Origin: Lytechinus pictus
Lineage: Eukaryota
Assembly: GCF_037042905.1 (NCBI RefSeq)
Contig: NC_087245.1
Location: forward strand, 21,702,001 to 21,766,000
DNA: 64,000 bases
Direction of reading: 5' to 3'
The position numbers and the translations under genes were made by a program. A model generated the notes under the pieces. That model was not told where the DNA came from and searched no databases. It saw only the letters and a program-made list of their open reading frames with translations. This document shows positions 50,044 through 62,787 of the stretch, piece by piece (position 1 is the stretch's first letter; each line of letters begins with the position of its first letter).

Positions 50044-52964
50044 CCTCAGATTTTGGCCAGTCTTGATATGTTTGCACACTAACTTCTATTCACACTTTGC
50101 CTTTACTCTGTCATTTATTTCATGCAAATGCGTTATGTTAAGTTTGAAGACTGCGGACTCGTTGATTATTGTGTATATAATGATAATTATGTCTTCCTGT
50201 GATCTTGGGTTACGATGTTAATATTCTGTAGGTATATAACATGTAAATTATTATTACTGCTTACCTGATAGAATTTCAAATTGGATAGTCGACAAAAGGT
50301 TACATCCCGTCCTATCGATTTAGGACGTCATGAGAGATGCTTGTATATTTCATTTGATCTGTTAAGATGAAAACAGTAGGGAAAAAACAAACCAATAGGC
50401 GTATCAGTGTCATTGTCCAGTGATTACAAGCACACACGAATGATTAAAGTTTGGTTTAAAAGGCATGTGATTGAAATATGCATGACCTGTTAAAAAATGC
50501 TGTCTTTCTTGTCATTTTGTTGTAGTTCTCGTACAATTACTTTTCATGATAAAGCGCCTGATCTAAACTACGTGGGGGAAGTTACATATCAATGCAGAGG
50601 TTCAAGCCCTGGGGTGGTATTCTGAAAACGTTTTTCTTATCTTTTGTTCTTATCTTTTTCTTATCTTGCTTTCCATCCTATGCTGAGCGCGTAAATTTAT
50701 CACTCGCTCATATAATACAAAAGTGCGCTAAAAATAAAAGAAATCTTTTTAATTTCTTCTTTTTCTTTTCCTTTGTTTGATATATTCTTCATCTTTCCTT
50801 TTTATTTTCCCTTTTCGTTTTTTTTTCTGTGTTTCATTTATTCTTCATCTTTCTTTTTTTATTTTCCCTTTTCGTTTTTTCCCCTTTCTTTTTTTTCTTT
50901 ACTTGCGCTGAAGGCGATGGTAATACGCTGAGAGTACGACGATGCCACTTTCTTGCGACGATTCGAGGCAGATGTGATGCGCTGCTTCTGCGATCAAAGC
51001 GATCGTACAACGAGGCTCATACGCTAATTAGGACCTCGGTACGGTGGTGCTACGAATGAAGCGATTATGTTACGTTCATGATGGGCTCTTGAAACGATTT
51101 CAAGCAATCGGCATACTAATCGCGGCACATGACACATTTTTCAGTCGATTGCCAACCTCCAACCAACATGGATGTCCAGAATTTGGTTGGACTTATACAT
51201 CTTGGCATTCTAAAAGAACATCAGTTAAAAGTTGAATGCGAGGACAAAAGAAGGAGGAGGCCAAAAAGATACAGGGTCCGATCCTGGCTGTCACCTAAGT
51301 CATAATATACAATATTTTTACAATTTCATTCAAAAGAATTTTTAATTTTTGATGTCGATGAGCCTAATAGTTAATATGAGGGATGCATCCAGAATTTCAT
51401 AAAAGAGCATAAAAATCTTTGATATTCTGTTTATTTTTTTCCACAAAGTTTGTCACTCAAAAATATTTGGTAAATTCCTTTCAAATTTGCTGACAAGAAG
51501 TAGTCTACTGATGTGAGAGCACTCATAAAAAGGGAGGGGGAGGGGGGCTGTGGAGCCGTGATATGTGCAAACGCCGGGATATGTGCAAACAACGGTATAT
51601 GTGCAAAATTTCGCCGGGATTTGTGCAAACAACGGAATTTGTGCAAACGCCACGCCGGAAAATGTGCAAATCTGTCAAAATGTATCAACGGCATCTGTTC
51701 AAACGTGACGACGGGATATGTGCAAATGAACAATTTTCACGGGAAAAGTGCAAACCTCCGGGATATGTGCAAATTACTGTTTTTATCCATATTAAGGATA
51801 TTTCTCATGAAATGTTTCATAACATTACTGTTAAAATGAGAAACATGCCTGCATAAGGGAGAAGCTACAGCTAGTGTCATCGGCAATGAAACGCTTTTCA
51901 GAGAGGCAGTGGGGGGGGGGGGGCACCAGGCTTAGTGGACATTTGCTCTGGCGACAATTGCTCCGATGTAAATTCTAAACATTAAGCGAAACATAAAAGC
52001 TAACCTCCAAAACTAAATACACCCTAATCGTAATCATGACAATATTCTGAACCAAGAACTCTATCACAATCCTAACACTAATCCTATGCCTTCTGAGATA
52101 TTAATTGTCGCAATTTTCGCAGGAGTATATGTCGTGTCACCTTAAAGGAACATTTAGTACTGTTTCGAACACTGCATGGGGCAATTATTAAAGGGGATGG
52201 GAGAGGCAAGCATGATTTCCACTGATACTCACATTGAACTTGATCTGTTGATTTCATTTCCAGATTTCATCAGAAGTTGTCGAATTTCTTTAAAATTTAA
52301 TTATAAACCCAAAATGTCTTGATTACTATGCCATTTGATATTAGTTTTTTATGAATCTATGAACATTCAAACAAGACATTGTTTCCTATCTCTTTTAACA
52401 CACCCAAAGTGACGCCAGCTTGTGTAATATCAGCCACATGTGTAAAAACACTGTACCCACTAACGTATATAAAAAATATTTCCCACACAATCATGTCATA
52501 CTAGCGCACTTTACCAACAAGAGGCATTAATTTCGAACTATATACCCACAAATGCGATGCACTTTACTCTCTAAATGAAATATTTTTAGGTTGCAATTCA
52601 TACACCTCGATTTTACAACGAATGTTCCATACGATATGAATGCAGGGGCTGCGATCCGGGGGGGGGGGGGGCAGGGGGTTCACAGTGCCCCCACTTTTTG
52701 AAGCACTAAACAGTTTTCCCTTTTAACCCAATAACGTTGCCCCTTTCATCTTAGAAGGACCTGTTTTATGTGTTAAAGTGTGCCCCTTTACCTTTTTTAT
52801 AAATATAAGTGCACATTCTCGTATCAGATAAGTTTCCATTCCTTAAAACCGCTCTTTTCATGCCCTGTCATTGTCCGTTTTCCTTATTTCGCGTTCTTAT
52901 CCCTTCTAAAAGTGCATATTTAAATAATAAAAATCCTTTTAAATTGTTCCTCTCGCCCCTTTAA

Positions 52965-53719
52965 CCCTATCTTGGCCAGGGGGGCTCGGAGGCCCCCCTC
53001 CCCCCTCAACGAGTCGCGCGATATTTTCGTCGCGCAAAATTTTTTGACCGCGCTGCTCGCTGACTTTTTACTTTCAAGTCTTCCGCACCTTTTGAGACCA
53101 ATTTTGCGTCACCCGGGTACGCGGTTCCGAAGTTACGCAATGTTACGTAAGTGCATCTCAGACCAAAAATTGCTCAAAAACGTGATTTCGTGTACAAAGT
53201 CAATGTAAATTGTGTTTTGAACCAAAAATCATAAATGTATGATTATTTTTAGTTTTGCACGCCTAAATGTATGTATTTTATGCTGTTTATGATCTTAGAA
53301 GAGTCCCCAACGAATTTCATTGAAAAAAAACAATGAAAAACAAAAGGTCCAAAAAACAAAGAAATACATACATAGGAAATTGATCTGATATCACGATTTT
53401 TTCATGTACACTTGCTAAGAACATCACAAAGGGTTTCTATGCCAAAAATTAGAACATTTGGAGCTTTATTTACGGAGTTAGAGGAAAAAGTATGATTTTG
53501 CATACTAATTACGCATAAATTAGCATAATTACGTAATAACGATTTGCATGAAATAAATTACTATACAATTTTGTAGATTATATCCCAGACAACATGCGTG
53601 CCAATTTTCGGTGCGATCGCGCGGTCGACGGCCGAGATCTCAAGGGGGGGGGGGGGGGGCCTGGGAGGCCCCCCTCCCCCGGCCATATGAATTCCAAAAA
53701 TACCCCGACCTAGATAGGG
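52965..53719. mobile_element. piggyBac-like MITE
   Basis: TTAA|CCCTATCTTGGCC...GACCTAGATAGGG|TTAA. Confidence 0.85.
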
Positions 53720-54304
53720 TTAAGTTGCCCCTTTTCAGAGTGAAATTCTTCTTCTGTAGTGTGTATATTTTCACCTTTGATCAAGTGCCCCATATGATTA
53801 TTCTGATAAATGTCCCTTCTCTTCTGGTTTGTTCAAATGTCCAATTTGCTAATATAAGGTATATGTATTTGCAATTAGCGTCCTTTCTTTTATGCAGGGG
53901 CATCTGAGCAGAGGGAGAGGGGGGGGGCACTTGCCCCCTTAAGAAATGGACCTCGTTCCATGGACTCAAAAAGTTTTCAATACCAAGAAAAAGAAAAGAA
54001 GAAAAGGAAAGAAAAGTGGTGAAATATGATAGTGTTCTCTATGTCAAAATCTATCACAAATGTTTGTTTTTTTCATTAAAAGTTTCAAAATTTTGCTCGC
54101 TCGCTCGCTCGCAGCTTTAAAGAAATTTTGCCCCACACGCCATGTTTGCCCCACTCAATCATTTTGCTCATTACCCTACTAGGGTACATTATGCTATTTT
54201 GTTTTTAAAAAAGTTTTTTGTTTCAAGTGCCCTTTTCTAAAAGAGGAAGTGCCCTTTTTCGCTGTGCCCTCCCCTCCCCTATCAATTTTGCTCTGCCGAC
54301 TCAT

Positions 54305-55745
54305 GCTGGTAGTCTCCTTTTCCAGACCCAATGCGACCTTACCCTACAAGATGAAGGTTATTAGTCTACTTTTTAATACTCAGTCTTGGCCATATATTCT
54401 TCCAAACAACAGGATTAACGCTATACCTGGACTAGCTAAGCGTAGTCTTTACTCAAAACCCGGTAGTTAAAAAGAGAAATAAACTTAACAATTTAAACCT
54501 CACCATCTTCTAAACCATTGCCATGTCATCAAGCATATGGATATAGAGTTATTATTTTCTCCAGACCCAGTCATTTGAAAAAAAAAATCAAGAATCTTCG
54601 AAACGTCAATCCCGTCATCTTCAATACTAAGAACCTGTAATGTAGCACATGGGTATACAGCGTAATCATACAGTGGGTGTACAGTGTAGTTTTTTAAATA
54701 AATGGATATGGAGTAAAGGCTATGCTATAGGTACCCGTGCTTTGTTATACTTATAGACTATTAGTTTGGAAGATGATGGGGTCTTACTATTTAAGTTTTT
54801 TTTTAATCACCAGGTTTGGAGTAAAGACTACACTCTATATCCATTTTTTTCCCACAGATATGAGACGGTGGGGTCGTCAAATTGAAGATCTCCTAATTTT
54901 TTTAATAACAGCGTCTGGGGTAAAGACTGCGCTCTTATATCCATGCTTTCTTACGGGGTCTTATTTTTAAAGATTATAACATAATTTTTTTTAAACGGGT
55001 CTGGAGTAAAGACTACGATATGTACCCTTGCTTTATAACGGAGTCTTAGTCTTGGGTCTTAATTCTGAAGGTTTTTTAATCAAAGGTCTGGAGAAAAGAC
55101 AACGCTTTATATCCATCTTTTTCACAGGAATGAGACTGTGGGGTCTTGAAAATTTGTTTAAATAAACGGGTCTGGAGAATTGAGAATACGTTATATACAC
55201 GTTATAACAGAGTCTTAGTAGTGGAAGGGGCTTAAATAGTTTTGAATTTGTTTAATCACCCGGTCTGGAGCAAAAACTACACTTTAAACCCAGTAACCAC
55301 CGATAGCTCAGTTGGTAGAGCGGAGGACTGTAGATGATTGATGATTAACCTTATGTCGCTGGTTCGAATCCGGCTCGGTGGATGTGGTTTTTTTGGCGCA
55401 AATATTCACTACTGAATGACACGAGCCGTATAAGCTAAAACAACAACTTATTCGATAGGAATGAGACGGTGAGCTATTAAATTAGATTTTTTTTTTATTG
55501 ATACAACAAGGTCTAGGGTAAAGACTACATTCTATATTCATTTCTACAAGGTATTAATTTGGTAAACGGTGAGGTGTTGCAGTTTTTTTTTTAATTATTT
55601 TTGAATGGCTATGCTCCTTATGTATGCTTTAGTACAGGATCTTAGTTCAGAAGGATCTTCAAATGATTAAATGACCGGGTCTGGAGCATTAAAAGACTAC
55701 ACTCTACATCCATGTTATTCCAAACGATAGTGGGTCTTCAATTTA
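54305..55745. repeat. Degenerate tandem repeat with core GGGTCTGGAGTAAAGACTAC surrounding the tRNA-Tyr
   Basis: Core is reverse-oriented near 54309, 54441 and 54555, and forward near 54813, 54911, 54997, 55085, 55168, 55262, 55510 and 55677. Confidence 0.65.
55297..55382 (+). tRNA. trnY: tRNA-Tyr (GTA) with 13-nt intron (55334-55346); possibly a variant or pseudogene
   Basis: CCACCGA/TCGGTGG acceptor stem plus A73, D arm GCTC/GAGC, GAGGA-CT-GTA-G, T arm GCTGG-TTCGAAT-CCGGC, T-run terminator just downstream. A31:A39 mismatch. Confidence 0.88.
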
Positions 55746-57119
55746 AGGTTGGTGCCCCCCCCCCCCCCCCCCGCCGCCTCTCTGAAAAGCGTTTCATTGC
55801 CGATGTCATTGTAGCTTCTCCCTTATGCAGGCATGTTTCTCATTTTTAACAGTAATTTTATGACTGAAACATTTCATGAGAAATAGCCTTTCTATGGATA
55901 AATGCAGTGATTTGCACATATCCCGGAGGTTTGCACTTTTCCCGTGAAAATTGTTCATTTGCACATATCCCGTCGTCACGTTTGCACAGATGCCGTTGAT
56001 AAATTTTGACATATTTGCACATTTCCCGGCGTGGCGTTTGCACAAATTCCGTTGTTTGTACAAATCCCGGCGAAATTTTGCACATATACCGTTGTTTGCA
56101 CATATCCCGGCGTTTGCACATATCACGGCTCCACAGGGGCACAATGCCAGAATCTCCCTAAAGATTGCCTTTCCCAATCAATACATTAGTGATCGAATCA
56201 TTAACAAAATTTGATGTTGTCTACTGTCACTGTGGTTAGAATTCAATTTATTTTCAAAACATAATCAATTTATTTATTTCTGCAGAGGTAACCCATTTCG
56301 TCATCAAGACATGTGAGCGTCTTTTTTCTCTTTCCAGCTGGCTCAGCAGTAAGATTTTCATCCTCCTCCTGTACCCCCTCCTCTTCCTCCTCTACCTCCC
56401 CCTCCTCTACCACCATCATAACCCCTTGATCTTCTTCTTCGACCGCCGGCCTAAGAGGGGTAGCTTGGGCAGCTTTCCCTTTTTCTGGGAGGTATGTTTG
56501 AAAACGCCGTGGTATCGCCTCGTAATCTGTTGCAAATATGATAACCCGCCACCATCGGCACGGCGTTTTATAGCAACGCGGATGGTTGTTGCGCAATCGC
56601 TGCCCAGTCATCAGCGGCGCAGCAAAAGCGCAACGCAAACGCCTATAGCGGGCTGAGAACGTGTGCCACATGCCACCCAAAGAAGGAAGCGTCGTGGTGG
56701 AAGATGTGTGAAGCGTGTCGAGCGCAAGGCAGTCGCCTTGTAAACGGAAGCAGCGTAGCAGAATTGTCTTGGGAACGGGCCTGAAAACCACGGGCGATCG
56801 GTGCCGCTTTTAATGCGCTTATACTACGCTTTATGCGTTGGGGCTCCGTTACAGCTACGAATATGTCGTTTGTAATACGCTCATGACTAGATTGTGATGC
56901 GCTTTAGCACCTCCGCGATCTCGCTACGTAAGTTTTGTTGTGGCGACCATAAAGATGGTGGCGATCCTTGCCGCTTCAGAAAAGATCAAGGTTAGACGGA
57001 GAAGATTGAAAAGATCAAGGCACGATCAAGCTACGTTATACCACGCTTTGTCGATTTTTGACGATCGCAGTGGAATCGCCATCTAGTGAGATGGGGATTC
57101 CACGAACCATTATTAAATG

Positions 57120-57438
57120 TCGTGGGTTCGAGTCCACCGTAGACGAATGGCTGAAGCCTGCGTTGTGTGTGAAACATATCCATCGTTCCATAGAAGCACG
57201 GCTATATTACAGTGGAAAACATTTTGTCCCTCGGATATGACATCAGGCCCCGTGTAGAGGAGAGTCACCACCTTTTGCACGTTAAGAACGCACTGCACTC
57301 AGAGTACGGGGAAAATCCCGGTGTAGTGGTCCACCTGCACTCCCCCAATCAGTTATATCGGTAGGAGAGACAGTGATTCAGTTCGCCTTCCGCCTCCCTG
57401 GGACTATAATGATAACTCCAAACAAATAATGATAATAA
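57120..57438 (+). mobile_element. 5'-truncated copy of the Nin/Deu-like SINE
   Basis: Colinear with 45828-46165. Confidence 0.85.
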
Positions 57439-57453
57439 GAGTATATCGCTGAA

Positions 57454-58483
57454 CAGGGGCGGTGGAACGTAATTTCGATTGGGGGGGGGGGGAAGCAAAA
57501 AAGGGCACTTATATTTCAAATGGGCATATTGGATATTTTCACCATGAGATTATCATCTGCATGAAATAGTTGTGTGTTTTTCAGTAATGAAGTTGAGCAC
57601 AGCTTTTTTTAAAAGTGATTTCTGATTGATAGGATTACATATTCAGGCTTTACTTTTACCTGCTTGCGATCATGATCGGTTTGAACAAATTTTCAAATCT
57701 AAAGTTGTGAAATTCACTGTTTGGTCAGTTATGGCGCTAATTACTACACTCTAAAAAATGTTGGGCAACATACGGTCCACACAACAATTGGTTAAAACTT
57801 TATCCAATTCTGGGTAGTTTTCAACCAATACTGTGTAGTTTTCACCCAAAGCACATATTATTGGTGTAAAACTACCCAGAATTGGATAAAGTTTTAACCA
57901 ATTGTTGTGTGGACCGTATGTTGCCCAACATTTTTTAGAGTGTATAAAACTGGCATCCTTGTGAGATGTTATGAGCGCGAAACGCGAGCTCAAACGTTCG
58001 GAGATTTCGTGTGATCGACTTGAAAATTAAACATTCCGAGCAATGTCTGTTATTTTGAAAAAAAAACGTGTATCTAACTAAAGATTTGACGCGAGCGCGA
58101 AGCGCGAGCTGAAATTTATAATATACTAACAAGAAAAGGAACCTGATAAGGACTGCATTTAGTGACTGATGAATAGGATACACATCTCATTAATCAAATC
58201 GTGCGAGCGCGAAGCATGAACTGAAATATTGCGATATTCCTACCTGAAAACTGGACATTCTAAGCATTCGTGTGACCAAGAACAGAATAAGTACCTTACT
58301 AAACAATAGTTGATGCGAAGCGCGAGCCCAAAATTTTGTGATTTGCTAATCTAAAATGTATTAAGTTTTACTTTAAACAAGGGTATTTCATTTTGAATAA
58401 GGGCACATTTCATTTTGAACAAGGGCATTTTTTTCCTACGGGGAATTTTGGGGGCACTTTGCCCCCCGGTACCACCGCCCCTA
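57454..58483. mobile_element. hAT-like non-autonomous element
   Basis: CAGGGGCGGTGG...CCACCGCCCCTA; 8-bp TSD TC(G/A)CTGAA. Confidence 0.75.
57747..57942. mobile_element. CACTA/EnSpm-like palindromic MITE
   Basis: TA|CACTCTAAAAAATGTTGGGC...GCCCAACATTTTTTAGAGTG|TA, about 75-bp perfect arms; related older copy at about 35696-35938. Confidence 0.85.
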
Positions 58484-59260
58484 TCACTGAACAGATGTAT
58501 CTACTATCTTACAAAGCAAATAATGTAAGTGAGTGTAAGCTGAAATTTAGGTTGATAGTGATCGGGAAAATTCATGAACAGAATAGGGCCTACGTATTCC
58601 ATTAAACGGCCAAATGCAAGCGCTGCATGATATTATACTATATTATGATATTATAGTGCACGGGGATTACCGGGTGTGTTTGCCATAATTAATGTGTCTG
58701 GGATGGTGATTGGGAAGTGTTGGACTATCATCAAATGCACAATTCACACGAATTCCAAAATAAGATTTTTTTCACTAAAAAAGTACTTTCCAGTCAACGT
58801 GGGGGAGGGGGGAAGTAAAATGCCCAGTTTTCCAAGCCCCTCGCCTGTTGAAGCCCACGCATATTCAAATTAATGTACATTAATGTAATAGTTTCGATGA
58901 TAGATGTACTGTTGGGCCTATAACTGATGTAAAATATATGTATATTGTTGTAGGTTCATTTGCAAATTTCAGAGTAACGTTGTCATTATTTTATCTTACT
59001 ATGTCGTACGATTTTTTAAATGAAAAGAAGATAGCGAGTGAAAATTTTGACTTCTTAAAAAAAAAAAAAAAATGAAATTATTTGATAATTTTTTACTATT
59101 TTCCTAAGTTTTTAATTTTCATTTATCCCTTTATGCCCCCATGAAACTTTGCTTCTCCAGGCCGCCATCTATAAGCCCGTGAGTGAGCGGATGGTGTATA
59201 CCTTTTTATAAGGATGTGACTGTATATGATAATGGGTGCCCTTGCATGTATGTGTATATA

Positions 59261-60162
59261 AACAAGTGGAATGCCTCTGGCCGTCTCACCTGCATCACGC
59301 GATTCAATATAGCAGCAGTGCTGATTTTGAAAACTACTATAACTCGCACAAGATGTTCAGTGATACTTGGTTACTCTTATTTCCACGTTTTATGAACTAG
59401 ACCAATACACTTATAGAGATATGATGGCAATTCAACAAATACCCCCAACGTGGCCAAAGTTCTTTGACCTTAACATGACCTTTGACCTTGATCATGTGAC
59501 CTGAAACTTGCACAGGATGTTCAGTGATACTTGATTACTATTATGTCCAAGTTTTATGAACTAGACCAACACACTTTCAAATTTATGGCTGTAATTCAAC
59601 AAATACCCCAATTTGGCCAAAGTTCATTGACCCTAAATGACCTTTGACCTTGATCATGTGACCTGAAACTTGCACAGGATGTTCAGTAATACTTGATTAC
59701 TATTATGTCCAAGTTTCATGAATCAGATCCATAAACTTTCAAAGTTATGATGGTAATTCAACAGATACCCCCAATTCGGCCAAAGTTCATTGACCCTAAA
59801 TGACCTTTGACCTTGGTCATGTGATGTGAAACTCATGCAGGATGTTCAGTGATACTTGATTAACCTTATGTATAAGTTTCATGAACTAGGTCCATATATT
59901 TTCTAAGTTATGATGACATTTCAAAAACTTAACCTTAGGTTAAGATTTTGATGTTGATTCCCCCAACATGGTCTAAGTTCATTGACCCTAAATGACCTTT
60001 GACCTTGGTCATGTGACATGAAACTCAGGCAGGATGTTCAGTAATACTTGATTAACCTTATGGCCAAGTTTCATGAACTAGGTCCATATACTTTCTAAGT
60101 TATGCTGTCATTTCAAAAACTTAACCTCAGGTTAAGATTTGGTGTTGACGCCGCCGCCGCCG

Positions 60163-60194
<32 letters not shown>

Positions 60195-60244
60195 GGAAAA
60201 GCGGCGCCTATAGTCTCACTCTGCTATGCAGGTGAGACAAAAAA
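59261..60244 (-). mobile_element. Helentron-associated (HINE/DINE-1-like) non-autonomous element
   Basis: Minus strand: T-run, subTIR GTCTCACCTGCAT, short IR GTGAGAC, (GGC/GAC)n microsatellite, internal about 162-bp tandem repeats, 3' subTIR ATGCAGGTGAGAC, terminal CTTGTT. Confidence 0.75.
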
Positions 60245-60559
60245 CTATAGAAAACTCAGTTGTGTCTTGTAGCCCATGTCAGCACCCCCACTGAAAAAAA
60301 TCTTTCCCAGGGCCCTGGTCTCTAGATCTTAATAGACTCCGATCTATACTGTGTCAGCATGGAACGTATTAAACGTCAGGCACAACACAAATTATCGTCA
60401 ATGCGCAGAACATGCACGTAAAGTGTCTGTGTAAACGCGTGTTGCAATCGGGGAGTAAATTCTAAATTAAGTCCACGCGCATGCGTACTCTTATTGCGAA
60501 GGCGCAAGTCATGAATATACGACGCCCCCCCCCCCCATGTTCCTCTTATATGCGGCTAA

Positions 60560-62722
60560 ATTACTTCCAAAAATAAAAATCATTCTCAATGAAATGTATG
60601 GATTTAGGAATTTCATCTCATGTTCTAACTTCCACAATAAAAATTCATTGGTCTCGCTTCAGTGGTTTTGAATACACAACCTATTATGTAACAATGGTGC
60701 TTTTCAGCCCATTCCAAGTTTGCATGCGTGCAGCAATGCTGTGTGTTCTGCACTTTCTCGCATATCAACCCCTTTTGACCATTCTGATTCTGACCAAGGA
60801 ATTCCTTGATCTAACCAGGGAAATCTCAATGATCTAACCAGGCTCATCAAATCACAACCTTGAGCACATGTTTATAAGGGCAAACAGTATTCGACAGTTC
60901 ATTTCATGTTTGATAACGGGAGATGCACAGTGATTGACAGTGGCGTAACTAAGGGGGGGGGCATGGGGGGCACGTGCCCCCCCCCCCATCGGCTGACCCC
61001 AAAAAACGGGGAAAAGAAGAAAAAGAGGGAGAGAGGAAGAGAAACGTAGTGGGAAAGTAGAAATTATTGTTTACTATAATGTTATATTCTATTATTAGTA
61101 TGTTATATTACGTTATATTACATAAGAAACATTTTTTCATAACTTTATGAAACAAAATTTGCTCAGGGCCTATGTCTTCATTGTTCATGGTGCTCGCACT
61201 GTCTGTTTAACGAGATATATAATAATGTTGTACTAAAACCTCCTGTTTTCAAGTCAATATACACCAAATATATTTCCTCGCATTTCGATATATTATTGTT
61301 TTATGTTAAATAGTATGCTTCTTTTTCATGGCTACTTAAAGTGATTGCCCCATTTTAAGGTCTTAATATAAAATATTTCCTGTCCGTGCTTACGTTCGCA
61401 TTAGTAGATTGGTGAGGTATGTCTGCTCTCCATGAATTCCTAGAATCAGTCGTTATAAAATGTCCCCTTTTTTATCTGAATATCAAAAATTTTCAGCTCG
61501 CGCTTCGCGCTCACATCATTTGGTTAGTGAAATACTATGGTATCTGTGAATTCTTACAAACAAGCCTTAAATTGCCCCTCTTCAACTCTGAATTTCTTAC
61601 ATTTTCAGCTTGCGCTTTGCGCTCGCAATATTTAATTAGTGAGATGCATATGTTAATAATCATGATTACAATGACTACAAGTGCTTCATGTGTTTAGATG
61701 CAATTTTAACAAAATCAGCAAGCGCTTGGAACTCGCATTAGATGACTATGGTGAGATATGGATTCCTAAAATATAGTCCTTAAAATCTCCGTTTGGGCTC
61801 AGTATATACAAAAAATTCAGCTCGCGCTTCGCACTCGCATTGTTTAGCGAGACAGGTACGCATCATGATTACAAAAATTTGATTATAATGTCCCTTTTTA
61901 TAGGTCTGATAAAAAATTTAAGCTCGCGCTTCGCGCTCGCATTATTTGATCACTGAGATACATATCCGTTTCATGGCACTGTCCTTAAAATTTCTCTATC
62001 AGGTCAGTATACCTGGCAGCTGAGCGCGCTTCGCGCGCTCACTAAGTGACTCAAAATTTTTGCTGGTGCCCCCCCCCCCAATGCCGTGACCCACGGTACG
62101 CCACTGATGATTGACATAACGGGTCATGTCTGTTCCATGGCTAATTCCAACAATACTGGGTTTTTTCTTTTTATTACTTTTTTTTTGGTTAATAAGCTTC
62201 TGAGAGAGGTCAAGTTAATTCATGTAACTTTTTAAAGACACAATTCTCTGGTAAAGTTCCTTCTCGCAAAGTGTGATTAACTTGTGGATTCCTCTTTATT
62301 TTTCAGCGGATTTTACACATCCATCATTCACATTTTCTTTCAAGTTGGTGCACTGATTATCAACTATTAAACTTAATTTGTTATGTTTCTTGTCCTTCTT
62401 AACATGCCCCAGTTTATGATTTGATGAGCCTGGGTATGATTGGGGAAATGTCCCTGCTCAGATCCTGGATGTATAATTGGGGGTTAACATGCCAAAGACA
62501 ATTTAGAAATACATCGATGCTGCAAACTTGGAATGGGCTAAAATGAACCACTGTAACGTAACAGAGTGTGTATTTAAAACCGCTGAAGCGAGACAAATTA
62601 AATTTTCATAAAAGTTAGATCATGAAATGAGGTTTCAACTCATGAACATTTATTTGAGAATACTACTACAGTTTAGAATCAAGTCAGCCTTACGTCAGAG
62701 GGACATTTTTGGGACGCGCTGT
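60560..62722. mobile_element. Old Tc1/mariner-type element with inverted arms, interrupted by a hAT-like element
   Basis: About 60580-60725 is an inverted match to about 62520-62660; right end GGGACGCGCTG|TA. Confidence 0.6.
60938..62106. mobile_element. hAT-like non-autonomous element
   Basis: CAGTGGCGTA...TACGCCACTG; 8-bp TSD (G/A)TGATTGA; internal GCTCGCGCTTCGCGCTCGC repeats. Confidence 0.85.
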
Positions 62723-62787
62723 ACATAACATTTAGACTTAGGGTCCGTTACTGAAGTGGGACAAATAATTTCGCTTCCCGCTGGCCC

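Larger units (their letters stand above)
51548..56136. mobile_element. Long inverted-repeat (foldback-like) structure, arms 51548-about 51928 and about 55751-56136
   Basis: About 380-bp high-identity inverted arms beginning CTGTGGAGCCGTGATATGTGCAAA, with ATGTGCAAA subrepeats. Confidence 0.8.
50900..57096. mobile_element. Probable PIF/Harbinger remnant split by nested insertions
   Basis: Left piece encodes MDVQNL...KRRRRPKRYRVRSWLS (51168-51305), like Harbinger transposase N-termini. Right piece has a convergent acidic ORF remnant (56270-56500). GC-rich subterminal regions. Confidence 0.5.

Noticed and set aside
51431..56214. Cys-rich ORFs (ICANAGICANNG...) on both strands
   Set aside because: They arise from ATGTGCAAA subrepeats in the inverted arms and are open in several frames.
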